Source of the DNA: a virus | Virus record (IMG/VR): IMGVR_UViG_3300044819_000016 | Span: 1 to 64,000 of that record | Strand: one strand, 5' to 3' | DNA length: 64,000 nucleotides | Shown: positions 1-7,805 of the stretch, in pieces | How positions within the stretch are numbered: position 1 is the stretch's first letter | How the letters are laid out: each line of letters opens with the position of its first letter | The notes under the pieces: generated by a model | Databases searched by the model: none | What the model saw: only the letters and a program-made list of their open reading frames with translations | What the model was told of the DNA's origin: nothing | Position numbers and translations under genes: made by a program

Positions 1-162
1 GGCCCGGGCTGGAAGACGACGGTTCCGACGTGCAACCAACGCTTGCAGGATCAGGGATTTTGACCCGCGAGTTCTGCCTGCGCGCGTTCGACCTGTGCAG
101 GTTCGTCGCGGGCGTGTGCCTGGTGTGGATTGTGATCGACCCAACCGAAAAAGGAGACTGAC

Positions 163-200
163 ATGGCAACCAAGATCGAGGCCGTGAAGGACTGGGCGCC

Positions 201-204
<4 letters not shown>
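163..204 (+). pseudogene. In-frame deletion remnant (MATKIEAVKDWAP) of the 491-793 gene
   Basis: First and last codons of the 100-aa gene joined at an AAGA microhomology; RBS AAGGAG retained. Confidence 0.85.
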
Positions 205-416
<212 letters not shown>

Positions 417-490
417 TGTTTTGATCGACCCGATCGTGGGCGTGTGCCTGGTGTGGATTGTGATCGACCCAACCGAAAAAGGAGACTGAC

Positions 491-789
491 ATGGCAACCA
501 AGAAGACGACGAAGCCCGAGTACGTGATCGTGAGGACCCGCAGCGCCGGTGCGTTCGCGGGCGAGTTGGCGTCGAAGCGCGGAACCGAGGTGACGCTGAA
601 CAGGGCGCGACGGCTCTGGTACTGGGCGGGCGCGTTCACGCTGAGCGGAGTCGCGATCGACGGGGTGGACGTAGAGGGGTCGAAGTTTGGCACCTTGGTC
701 TCGGGTCACTATCTGACCGATGTGATCGAAGTCATCCCGGCCACCGCCGAGGCTCGCGCGAAGATCGAGGCCGTGAAGGACTGGGCGCC

Positions 790-793
<4 letters not shown>
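491..793 (+). CDS. Small conserved phage protein (DUF6948-like)
   Basis: RBS AAGGAG; YVIVRTRSAGAFAG...ARRLWYW.GA..LS..A..G pattern, recognised as the family usually found next to GDGSGYG-repeat genes. Confidence 0.75.
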
Positions 794-1059
<266 letters not shown>

Positions 1060-1123
1060 TGTTTTGATCGACCCGATTCCCGGGCCGGTCGAAGAGCGAA
1101 CGAACGACTGATGGAGGTTACCA

Positions 1124-1819
1124 ATGTTCAAGAAAGCACTGATTCTGATTCTGGCAGGCGCGGCGCTGGCCGCATGCGGCGGCGAGCAGCCTTCAGACAC
1201 TGGGACGGCGAAGGAAGATCTGGCGGGAACGTTCCTGCGCGGATTCGTGGTGACCACGGGCCAGATCACGGGCCAGACCTCGGTCTGCTACGACGAGGTC
1301 GTATCCGTTGCCGACAACATCAAAGCGCCGGCCGGGACGGGGAAGGGGACGATCAACAATTGCCACGTCTCCATCGTCACGGGTGCGAACTACAGCCTTA
1401 TGCCTCTGAACGGTACGTCGGACGTCATCCGCGGGTCCTTCTATGGCGGAGCATGGACCTGCGACATGGGCAATCTGATCGCCTCGACGCCACCGTCTTC
1501 GACTCCGAACTACAACAGCTTCGTTAACTACATGGACGGGATTCTCCCGTATGCGCCTACCGATTTCTCGACCTTCGTCGGGTACCAGGGAGAAGCGTTC
1601 GGTGGAACCGGGGTGTGTACGTTCACCGGAGATCCGACCCGCTACAAAATCTTCAGCGTCAAGTTGCTGAACGGACATGGGGACGGCTCGAATCTCCTGT
1701 CCGCTCCGACCGCCACCACGAACTATGCGTACTTCGAGATTTCGATCGACGACGGCCCCGGTGGCATGAGTCAGCCGCACGATCGCCTCTACTTCTTGAG
1801 CAACACGCACAGTCCGTAG
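1124..1819 (+). CDS. Lipoprotein, unknown function
   Basis: RBS GGAGG; signal peptide MFKKALILILAGAALAAC with lipobox LAAC. Confidence 0.8.
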   Translation: MFKKALILILAGAALAACGGEQPSDTGTAKEDLAGTFLRGFVVTTGQITGQTSVCYDEVVSVADNIKAPAGTGKGTINNCHVSIVTGANYSLMPLNGTSDVIRGSFYGGAWTCDMGNLIASTPPSSTPNYNSFVNYMDGILPYAPTDFSTFVGYQGEAFGGTGVCTFTGDPTRYKIFSVKLLNGHGDGSNLLSAPTATTNYAYFEISIDDGPGGMSQPHDRLYFLSNTHSP

Positions 1820-1874
1820 CTAGAACAGAGCATGCGCGGCTGCTGAGGCGCGCTGCTGGCGGGTAAGCCGCTGA

Positions 1875-1948
1875 ACCACGAGGACGAATGGCAAGTCACC
1901 GAGGAGCGCATCCCGGTGGACCAGGGTTCGATTCCCTGGCGTGGTCCA
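1875..1948 (+). tRNA. Degenerate tRNA-like element (pseudo-tRNA)
   Basis: ACCACG/CGTGGT acceptor followed by CCA; D arm GAC-GAATGGCAA-GTC; canonical T arm CAGGG-TTCGATT-CCCTG; aberrant anticodon arm. Confidence 0.5.
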
Positions 1949-1950
1949 AA

Positions 1951-2031
1951 GGGTCCGCATGCGAGCGCCGGCAATTATGCCGACCAGTCTAGGGTCGTGG
2001 TGGCACCTAGGAGCATGCGGGCCCCCTTTTT
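1951..2031 (+). ncRNA. Three-way-junction structured element ending in a U-tract
   Basis: 12-bp closing stem GGGTCCGCATGC/GCATGCGGGCCC encloses hairpins CGGCA/TGCCG and CTAGG/CCTAG; followed by CCTTTTT. Confidence 0.45.
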
Positions 2032-2045
2032 GTCTGGAGGGATCG

Positions 2046-2558
2046 ATGGCGAAAACAGTGAAGGGCGAGCGCAAGGCCGAGAATCAGATCGTCGTGACAC
2101 CGCGTCCGTTCCTGGATGCGATAGAGAAGCGGTTCGGGCCGATCGTGTTCGACCTTGCCGCGACCGCCGAGAACCGCGTCGGCCCGCTCTACTTCGGACC
2201 AGGGAGCCCAATCGGAGAGGATTCTCTGCTCAAGGATTGGCGGATCGGTAACCCAGGTGTTCGGTTTTTGAACCCGCCCTATTCCGACCGGGACCAGCCC
2301 ATCTCGCTGTGGGCTCAACGCTGCGCCGAGATGCGCCGGCCGGCCAGTGGTCCGATCCTCCTGCTCTGCCCCGCCGCCGTCTGCACCGTGTGGTTTAGGA
2401 CCTGGGTTGCCCCCCACGCCTACGTCCTGGAGTTGTACCCGCGGGTGTTCGGCAGGGAGATCAGGGACTGCATCCTCGCCGTCTACGCCCCCGAGGGCTA
2501 CCTCGGACGGACGACGTGGGACTGGCAGGATGACTTCGCCGGCAAAATGCCGGGCTAA
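2046..2558 (+). CDS. dam: Phage DNA N6-adenine methyltransferase (Dam family)
   Basis: RBS GGAGG; TP..F...FG...FDLAA..EN N-terminal pattern and catalytic FLNPPYS. Confidence 0.8.
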   Translation: MAKTVKGERKAENQIVVTPRPFLDAIEKRFGPIVFDLAATAENRVGPLYFGPGSPIGEDSLLKDWRIGNPGVRFLNPPYSDRDQPISLWAQRCAEMRRPASGPILLLCPAAVCTVWFRTWVAPHAYVLELYPRVFGREIRDCILAVYAPEGYLGRTTWDWQDDFAGKMPG

Positions 2559-2579
2559 CTTTCAAGTCAGGAGGAACGA

Positions 2580-2810
2580 ATGAGAAACGACATCATCGAA
2601 CAGGTCGAGAAGGCACGGGTACTCTGGCGCGCGTACATGGAAGCCGACCAGGCCGAGGAGCGCGCCTTTGAATCCAAGAAGCGCGCCGGGGAGTCCATCC
2701 AAACGGCCAGAGACGCCAAGTGTCGGGCATACACCGACTGGAGAGCGGCGATGAACGCCATTTGCCAGGGCATCGCTGACGAGGAGAAAAATGCCGTACC
2801 GCGACGGTGA
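2580..2810 (+). CDS. Hypothetical helical protein
   Basis: RBS AGGAGG; GC3-rich codon usage. Confidence 0.7.
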   Translation: MRNDIIEQVEKARVLWRAYMEADQAEERAFESKKRAGESIQTARDAKCRAYTDWRAAMNAICQGIADEEKNAVPRR

Positions 2811-3396
2811 CGAGGTCGAGACTTTCCGCAACGTGGTGGTGGTGGACAACCGCCCCGCTGAGAAGCAGAAGGTCAGCGTCAAGTGCCGCTTCGCCGACGG
2901 CGTGGAGCGGTTCGTCTCTCGGCAGTGGGTCCCGAGTTACCAGGAGTTCCCGGACGACGGCTCGAACTTCGAGCTGGAGGTCTCCAGCTTCATGGTGGGC
3001 CTTTGGGTCAAGAACGACTCCGAGCCGAAGCAAAGCGTCAAGATCGCTGATGTCGTCTGCCTCCGGGAGAGCCGGGAGACGATCGAGGTCCCGAACCCCC
3101 CGAAGGGTACCGTCACCCGCCCCAAGGCACTCCAGGTCAGGCTCCCCACGGGCGAGGAAGCCTGGTGCCCCGGGAAGGGCATCCTCCCGGACTCCCCAGT
3201 CCGAGCGGACGGCGACCGTGGGGAGCTTTGGCTTGAGCCCTGGTGCGCGAAGATGAAGAACTGGGGCGCTGGGGTTCAGGCGGCGGCAAACGGGGCACCA
3301 GCGCGAAGCCAGGACGCCCAGCGCGAAGCCAGGGGCATCGCGGACGACCTCCGGGATGCCGTGGAGTCACTCGATCTCGACAAATTGCCATTTTGA
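2791..3396 (+). CDS. Hypothetical protein with SSB-like acidic C-terminal tip
   Basis: RBS GAGGAG; beta-rich body, low-complexity linker, ends DLDKLPF. Confidence 0.7.
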   Translation: MPYRDGDEVETFRNVVVVDNRPAEKQKVSVKCRFADGVERFVSRQWVPSYQEFPDDGSNFELEVSSFMVGLWVKNDSEPKQSVKIADVVCLRESRETIEVPNPPKGTVTRPKALQVRLPTGEEAWCPGKGILPDSPVRADGDRGELWLEPWCAKMKNWGAGVQAAANGAPARSQDAQREARGIADDLRDAVESLDLDKLPF

Positions 3397-3587
3397 TGGG
3401 CTCGCCGCTGAAGGCCGTCTGCCTGTACGGCCACCCGTTCATTCCCGAGAACATCCTGTGGCAGTGGAAGCGGTACTACGCGAAGGGCATCGGCGAGTGG
3501 ACCCGGTATAGGCGCCGGATCTGCCGCCGATGCTTCCGGCTCCGCAAGCGCCTGTCAGCCGAGCGCCGCCGCCGTCAGCGCGCCTGA
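3396..3587 (+). CDS. Small basic Zn-finger protein
   Basis: C..GH.....N....R.CR.C motif as appended to phage HNH proteins; TGATG coupling. Confidence 0.6.
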   Translation: MGSPLKAVCLYGHPFIPENILWQWKRYYAKGIGEWTRYRRRICRRCFRLRKRLSAERRRRQRA

Positions 3588-3862
3588 CGCTTCACCCGCC
3601 GCGCTTCCCACTGTCTGACGCCGGACACCCGTCGCTCCTGCCAGCCAGCGGCCAGAAGGTACTGCCTGATCTCGCGCCTGAACGCCGTGGACGTTGGGCG
3701 CTCCCCGAGGACCTTGGCAACCGCATCCGTGACGAGCTGGGCCTGGATCCACTCGTCCTTTCCGCGCTCGAACCCTGCCGCCAGGACGGCTCCCTTCCAT
3801 TGAACCCGGCGCTTGAATTCTGAGAGCAGGAGCGCGGCGACCTCCTCCGGTGAGAGCGTCAC
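3575..3862 (-). CDS. Hypothetical protein
   Basis: GTG start overlaps the stop of 3859-4185 (GTGA). Confidence 0.55.
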   Translation of the reverse strand: MTLSPEEVAALLLSEFKRRVQWKGAVLAAGFERGKDEWIQAQLVTDAVAKVLGERPTSTAFRREIRQYLLAAGWQERRVSGVRQWEARRVKRQAR

Positions 3863-4185
3863 TCGCCGGCCGCCGCTTTCTTTCGTGCGATGTCGGCGTC
3901 CGCGGCTGCCTTCCACTGTAGGTAGGGGACTATCGAGATGGGGGCGATCTGGAAGTTCCCCCGGTCCCACATCTCGTAGGGCTTCAGAGCAGACGGGTAG
4001 GCGTAGCTGCCGGCGAGGACCACCTCGACGACCATGTCCGCGTCCGTTGGAACCTCGGTTGATCCTGGAAGTTGAGATGACAGCCACTCCCGACTGGGAG
4101 CTTTGCGAAAAACCAGCATCCCTCCGATCTCCTCGGCTGGAAGTGGACCATCGACAAAGGTTCGAGCAGGGGCGCGTGGGTTCAT
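3859..4185 (-). CDS. Hypothetical protein
   Basis: RBS GGAGG upstream of the ATG on the minus strand. Confidence 0.7.
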   Translation of the reverse strand: MNPRAPARTFVDGPLPAEEIGGMLVFRKAPSREWLSSQLPGSTEVPTDADMVVEVVLAGSYAYPSALKPYEMWDRGNFQIAPISIVPYLQWKAAADADIARKKAAAGE

Positions 4186-4233
4186 CCAGGTTTCCTCCGT
4201 GCGGGGCGTTAGTAGTTCGTGTAGTTACAAGAA

Positions 4234-4262
4234 TTGCACAACTACGATTCTCTTTGTACCCT
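4234..4262 (+). promoter_or_regulatory. Sigma70-type promoter in an AT-rich divergent intergenic region
   Basis: TTGCAC-N17-TACCCT; overlapped by inverted repeat TCGTGTAGTT...AATTACACGA. Confidence 0.45.
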
Positions 4263-4272
4263 GAATTACACG

Positions 4273-4494
4273 ATGCCTTCGTCGTTTCATGACTGGCTGG
4301 CTCCGCGCTGCTCCTGCTTCGAGTGCGCCGCGAAGCGTGCCAACGACGGCGTCGAGGTCCGCATCCGTTCCTTCATAACCCTCGAAGCCGCTCCTCCCCG
4401 GGCGATTATCCAGTTCGGTGACACCGCATTCTTCGAAGGCGACACTGACCCGAGCGCGATGCCCACCCGCCGAAAGCGGTCTCCTCGCAAGTGA
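4273..4494 (+). CDS. Small CxCxxC protein carrying a copy of the major capsid C-terminus
   Basis: NDGVEVRIRSF-ITLEAAPPRAIIQF versus capsid DDGVEVRIRSFETLTLEGAASWATIQL; GTGA-coupled to the next gene. Confidence 0.6.
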   Translation: MPSSFHDWLAPRCSCFECAAKRANDGVEVRIRSFITLEAAPPRAIIQFGDTAFFEGDTDPSAMPTRRKRSPRK

Positions 4495-5054
4495 AAGCGC
4501 CGTCGGCAAAGCTGACTGCAGCGTGGGCTAAGCGCCTTGCGCAATCAGGCTTTGACGATCTGGAGGGCTCCGATCGCGACGCGCCGTTGTCCAACCGCGG
4601 CAAGCTTCACTCTGCCGGCGGCCAGGGCTTTCGGCAGAACGCCACCCCCAAGACCGCAGACTCGGCGGTAGGGGACGTCGGCGAGGACATGGTGGCTCTA
4701 TCCCTGCGCGTCGAGCACGGCTCCGCGTGGACGACGTGGGCCCTCGGGGTCCACCGCTCGCTCTCCCGGTCCTCGGCTCGCCAGCGGCTTGCCCGGCGCA
4801 TCTGGGGACGCTGGGCGAATGGCGAGTCTATGAAAGCCATTTCCCGGACGCCGGGGTTCACGTTCCACCAGGTTCGGGAATCGATCATTGAAACGACAGA
4901 GAAGGAGAAGCGCAGATGCGACCAGGACAGAAACCACCTTCAAGCAATCCGCCAGATGCCCGACCAACAGCTGACGGCGCTTCTGAGGGCGGCGCTGGCA
5001 GTCCTCTCTCGACGCTCGGGCCCCAGCCGCTCCGTCAGCATGAATCAGACGTAG
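4491..5054 (+). CDS. Hypothetical HTH-containing protein
   Basis: RIWGRWANGESMKAISRTPGFTFHQVRESI resembles a sigma region-4/LuxR-type HTH. Confidence 0.55.
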   Translation: MKAPSAKLTAAWAKRLAQSGFDDLEGSDRDAPLSNRGKLHSAGGQGFRQNATPKTADSAVGDVGEDMVALSLRVEHGSAWTTWALGVHRSLSRSSARQRLARRIWGRWANGESMKAISRTPGFTFHQVRESIIETTEKEKRRCDQDRNHLQAIRQMPDQQLTALLRAALAVLSRRSGPSRSVSMNQT

Positions 5055-5317
5055 CGATGGCCCTGGCGCTCGGGATCGTTCTTGAGCACCTGACAGCCGT
5101 CAAGACCGGGAAGAAAGAAGGGCGGTACCAGCCGCCCCACGACTTGAAGGCGACACTTGGCGTGGTCAAGGTAATGGGCTCGCTCCCGGGCGTCCGAGGC
5201 CAAAGCGCACGGGAAGTGAAGCGCCGGGTTCGCGAGGCGACGACGGAGGAGTTGCTCGAAGAAGCCTCGAAGCATCCCGAGCTGGCGGACGCCCTGGCCT
5301 CTTTGGAGGAGCCATGA
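4916..5317 (+). CDS. Hypothetical protein, possible terminase small subunit
   Basis: RBS AAGGAG; helical with an acidic C-terminus; upstream of TerL. Start could be 5057. Confidence 0.45.
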   Translation: MRPGQKPPSSNPPDARPTADGASEGGAGSPLSTLGPQPLRQHESDVAMALALGIVLEHLTAVKTGKKEGRYQPPHDLKATLGVVKVMGSLPGVRGQSAREVKRRVREATTEELLEEASKHPELADALASLEEP

Positions 5318-5559
5318 AGAGGATCGTCGTCCTTTCGAGCGACAAGGAGAAGTGCGCGGGCGGCGAGCGCGGGACCTTGGAATACACGATCGTTCGCGCG
5401 GGCGGCCCTGATTTTGCCGCCGAAGGGCGGCTCATCAACGGCGAGTTGTGGATCTACGACAGGTTCGCACCCGCGGATGGATTCCGCTTCGAGTTCCCGC
5501 CGAAAACCATGAAAGCGGCGGCGCTCATGGCCGTTACGTTGGTCAGGAAAAACCCATGA
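5314..5559 (+). CDS. Hypothetical protein
   Basis: RBS GGAGGAG; ATGA overlaps. Confidence 0.7.
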   Translation: MKRIVVLSSDKEKCAGGERGTLEYTIVRAGGPDFAAEGRLINGELWIYDRFAPADGFRFEFPPKTMKAAALMAVTLVRKNP

Positions 5560-5864
5560 CCGACTTCGAGATAGTCATGAATGATTTCCGTCCTCACCGT
5601 TGGGACTCCCACTCCCTGCGAGACCACGGCAAGATGTTCCAGTGCGCCGGCTGCAAGGGGTTCGTCTTTATGCTCACCGGCGAGACTGACCTGCCGCATG
5701 GATGGTGCGGCGTTCCCGAGCTTGGCAGTCAGTGGAAGGTTGGCGACAAGGTCGGAACTGTCATCATGATCGACTGGGTGCACAAGAGTTTTCGGCTCAT
5801 GACGATGGACGGGCCACGCCGGGTTCAATTGACGTTCAACTTTGGCGAGGGGAAGTTGGCATGA
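5556..5864 (+). CDS. Hypothetical protein (H..W...CxxC...C)
   Basis: ATGA coupling at both ends. Confidence 0.65.
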   Translation: MTDFEIVMNDFRPHRWDSHSLRDHGKMFQCAGCKGFVFMLTGETDLPHGWCGVPELGSQWKVGDKVGTVIMIDWVHKSFRLMTMDGPRRVQLTFNFGEGKLA

Positions 5865-6514
5865 CCCCGCGCTATCTGACGGCGACGGACGCCGGAATCG
5901 TGGTCGGCCTGCTGATCATGGGGTTTGGCTTGATCCTCGCCGCCGCCCTGAAGTTCTTCGCGAACAAGTCACGCGAGGAGTACAGGCTCGACGCCGAGGC
6001 AATGGAGGAGGGGCGCTTCCTCGAAGCCATCGAGAACGAACGGCGCCTGTACCTGCCGGCGGCTGAGGCCGAGGTCGAGCTGTTCCTGGATCCGCACTGG
6101 AAGCCTGCGAAGGCATCGGCGCAGCCGTCCTTCGTGGAGGAGCGTCCATTTGGGCAGGCAGTCATTGATTATCGTCGAATGCGCCGCGAGGAGGTCATCA
6201 AGGCCCGTGCCGAGGAGTACCGGCGCAACGACGGCGCTGACCTTGAAGCCCACGATCCTGCGCGAGAGAACTACGCCGCTGCCAGTGCGGTCGAGCGATC
6301 TGACGAGGACAACCTCGCGTTCATGGAGCAGCAGGCGAACGACCTCGACGTGAGGCGCCGCGCGCAAGCCGCGCTCGCAAACCAACGGAACGTCGATGCG
6401 TTGGCTACCGCCCGGATGTACCAAAACCAAACCCCGTACATGCCGGGATATTGCACCTACAGCAAGATGAATTGCCCGATGAGGTCTTTCTGCCAGTTGA
6501 GGCACACCTGGTGA
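5861..6514 (+). CDS. Membrane-anchored hypothetical protein with C-terminal Cys cluster
   Basis: N-terminal TM AGIVVGLLIMGFGLILAAALKFF; C-x6-C-x5-C-x3-H tail. Confidence 0.7.
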   Translation: MTPRYLTATDAGIVVGLLIMGFGLILAAALKFFANKSREEYRLDAEAMEEGRFLEAIENERRLYLPAAEAEVELFLDPHWKPAKASAQPSFVEERPFGQAVIDYRRMRREEVIKARAEEYRRNDGADLEAHDPARENYAAASAVERSDEDNLAFMEQQANDLDVRRRAQAALANQRNVDALATARMYQNQTPYMPGYCTYSKMNCPMRSFCQLRHTW

Positions 6515-7008
6515 GCGATCTGCTGCTCTTTGGGCTCCGGATGGGCGAGGAGACAGACCGCGCGTTCATCTACGACTCGTGGCTTCGCTCCTACGAGTTC
6601 CAGGTCGGGGACATCGCCGCCGACGCGAAGACCTGCAAGACGTGTGGGCGCACCCGTCGGCGTGACGTGTCCGGGGGCCACGCCAATTCAGAGATCGCAT
6701 CCCGCGACTACTGGTCATTCCAGCGCGGCAGGATCAACAGGCTCCTCGACACGACGGCGGCGGTCATCGTCGCCTATCCCGAGGGGACGCCGTCGGTGAT
6801 CGCTGGCTGGGCGTGCGTGGACAACGATCCCGAGGTCGTCCACTACGTCTACGTGCGCGAGTTCTACCGGCAGAAGGGGATCGCCAGGCGCCTGATCGAA
6901 GGTCGCAAGATTTGCACGCATTTAACCGACAGCCGGCGCCCGGATAGCGCCACGGCGTGGAAGCGGAGGATGGGGATGCGGTATCTGCCGTACCTGTTTG
7001 ATTTATGA
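6511..7008 (+). CDS. GNAT-family acetyltransferase
   Basis: VHYVYVREFYRQKGIARRL matches acetyl-CoA binding motif A (R/Q-x-x-G-x-A). Confidence 0.75.
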   Translation: MSDLLLFGLRMGEETDRAFIYDSWLRSYEFQVGDIAADAKTCKTCGRTRRRDVSGGHANSEIASRDYWSFQRGRINRLLDTTAAVIVAYPEGTPSVIAGWACVDNDPEVVHYVYVREFYRQKGIARRLIEGRKICTHLTDSRRPDSATAWKRRMGMRYLPYLFDL

Positions 7009-7141
7009 CTGTCTGGTACGCGCAGCCGAAGGGGATCATCGAGATGCGCCGGATCGGCTGGCTGTTCGTACTGGCCTATTCGTTCGATGAAGAGCCCGAT
7101 GTCCTGTTGAGTTGGGCCGAAAAATGGAGAAGGAGCTGGAC

Positions 7142-7336
7142 ATGGCAAACGGACGAAAGACCGAACTGAAAATGCCGGTGGGCGAGAACTGGGACAGCAA
7201 ATCAGCGGGCGTCAGGGACCAGATCGTGAGCAAGCTCAGCAAGTCGAAACTCGACAAGGAACTGGCGGCGCTGAACGAAGAGTTGAAGGGCGCGAGGCTG
7301 AGGAAGGTCCTGAAGCGCCTGGAGAAGAAGAAATGA
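7142..7336 (+). CDS. Small basic coiled-coil protein
   Basis: RBS AAGGAG. Confidence 0.6.
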   Translation: MANGRKTELKMPVGENWDSKSAGVRDQIVSKLSKSKLDKELAALNEELKGARLRKVLKRLEKKK

Positions 7337-7481
7337 AGTACGTACTGGCCATACCCCTCATCTACTTCGGCATTTGGTTCATCGGCGACTGCGCGATCGT
7401 TTCCTGGTACGAGGGGAAAATCTTTCTTCGAAGCATCCGGTTCCATGCCACGGTGGCCATGAATTACCTGCGAGGTTTGAA

Positions 7482-7805
7482 ATGGAAGTTAACAAGTACC
7501 TGCGCGACTGTCCGTACTCCAAGGTGGACGTCTACCGCGTCCTGGAGATTTTCCAGGTCACGAGCCCGGCGATCCAGCACGCCGTCAAAAAGCTTCTCTG
7601 CACCGGCATCCGCGGCGGCAAGGACTTCGACCAGGACCTGGAAGAGGCCATCCAGGCGCTGACCAGGCTCCAGGGGATGCGCAAGGAGGACGTCGACCGC
7701 GCGATTTTCGAACGTCAACAGCCGCCGTCCGCTCGCTCTGATCCGTCACCCGCTCAGATAGCCGAATTGCAGTATCGGACCACCGCGCTCATCAACACCA
7801 AGTGA
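7482..7805 (+). CDS. Conserved small phage protein
   Basis: VDVYRVL..F.VT.PA.QHAVKKLLC.G.RG.KD..QDL.EAI pattern, recognised as a common phage family. Confidence 0.7.
   Translation: MEVNKYLRDCPYSKVDVYRVLEIFQVTSPAIQHAVKKLLCTGIRGGKDFDQDLEEAIQALTRLQGMRKEDVDRAIFERQQPPSARSDPSPAQIAELQYRTTALINTK

Noticed and set aside
1810-1874. Possible third tRNA-like element (TAGCT...AGAGCA D-arm look-alike)
   Set aside because: No T-loop consensus, no acceptor pairing, and it overlaps the lipoprotein stop.
4343-4416. Capsid-matching segment as a DGR template repeat or CRISPR spacer
   Set aside because: No reverse transcriptase in the window, mismatches are not adenine-specific, there are no flanking repeats, and homology continues in frame past the exact match.
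7333-7662. 109-aa ORF with an N-terminal hydrophobic segment
   Set aside because: More than half overlaps the better-supported 7482-7805 gene; only the first ~50 codons look coding, so it is left uncalled.
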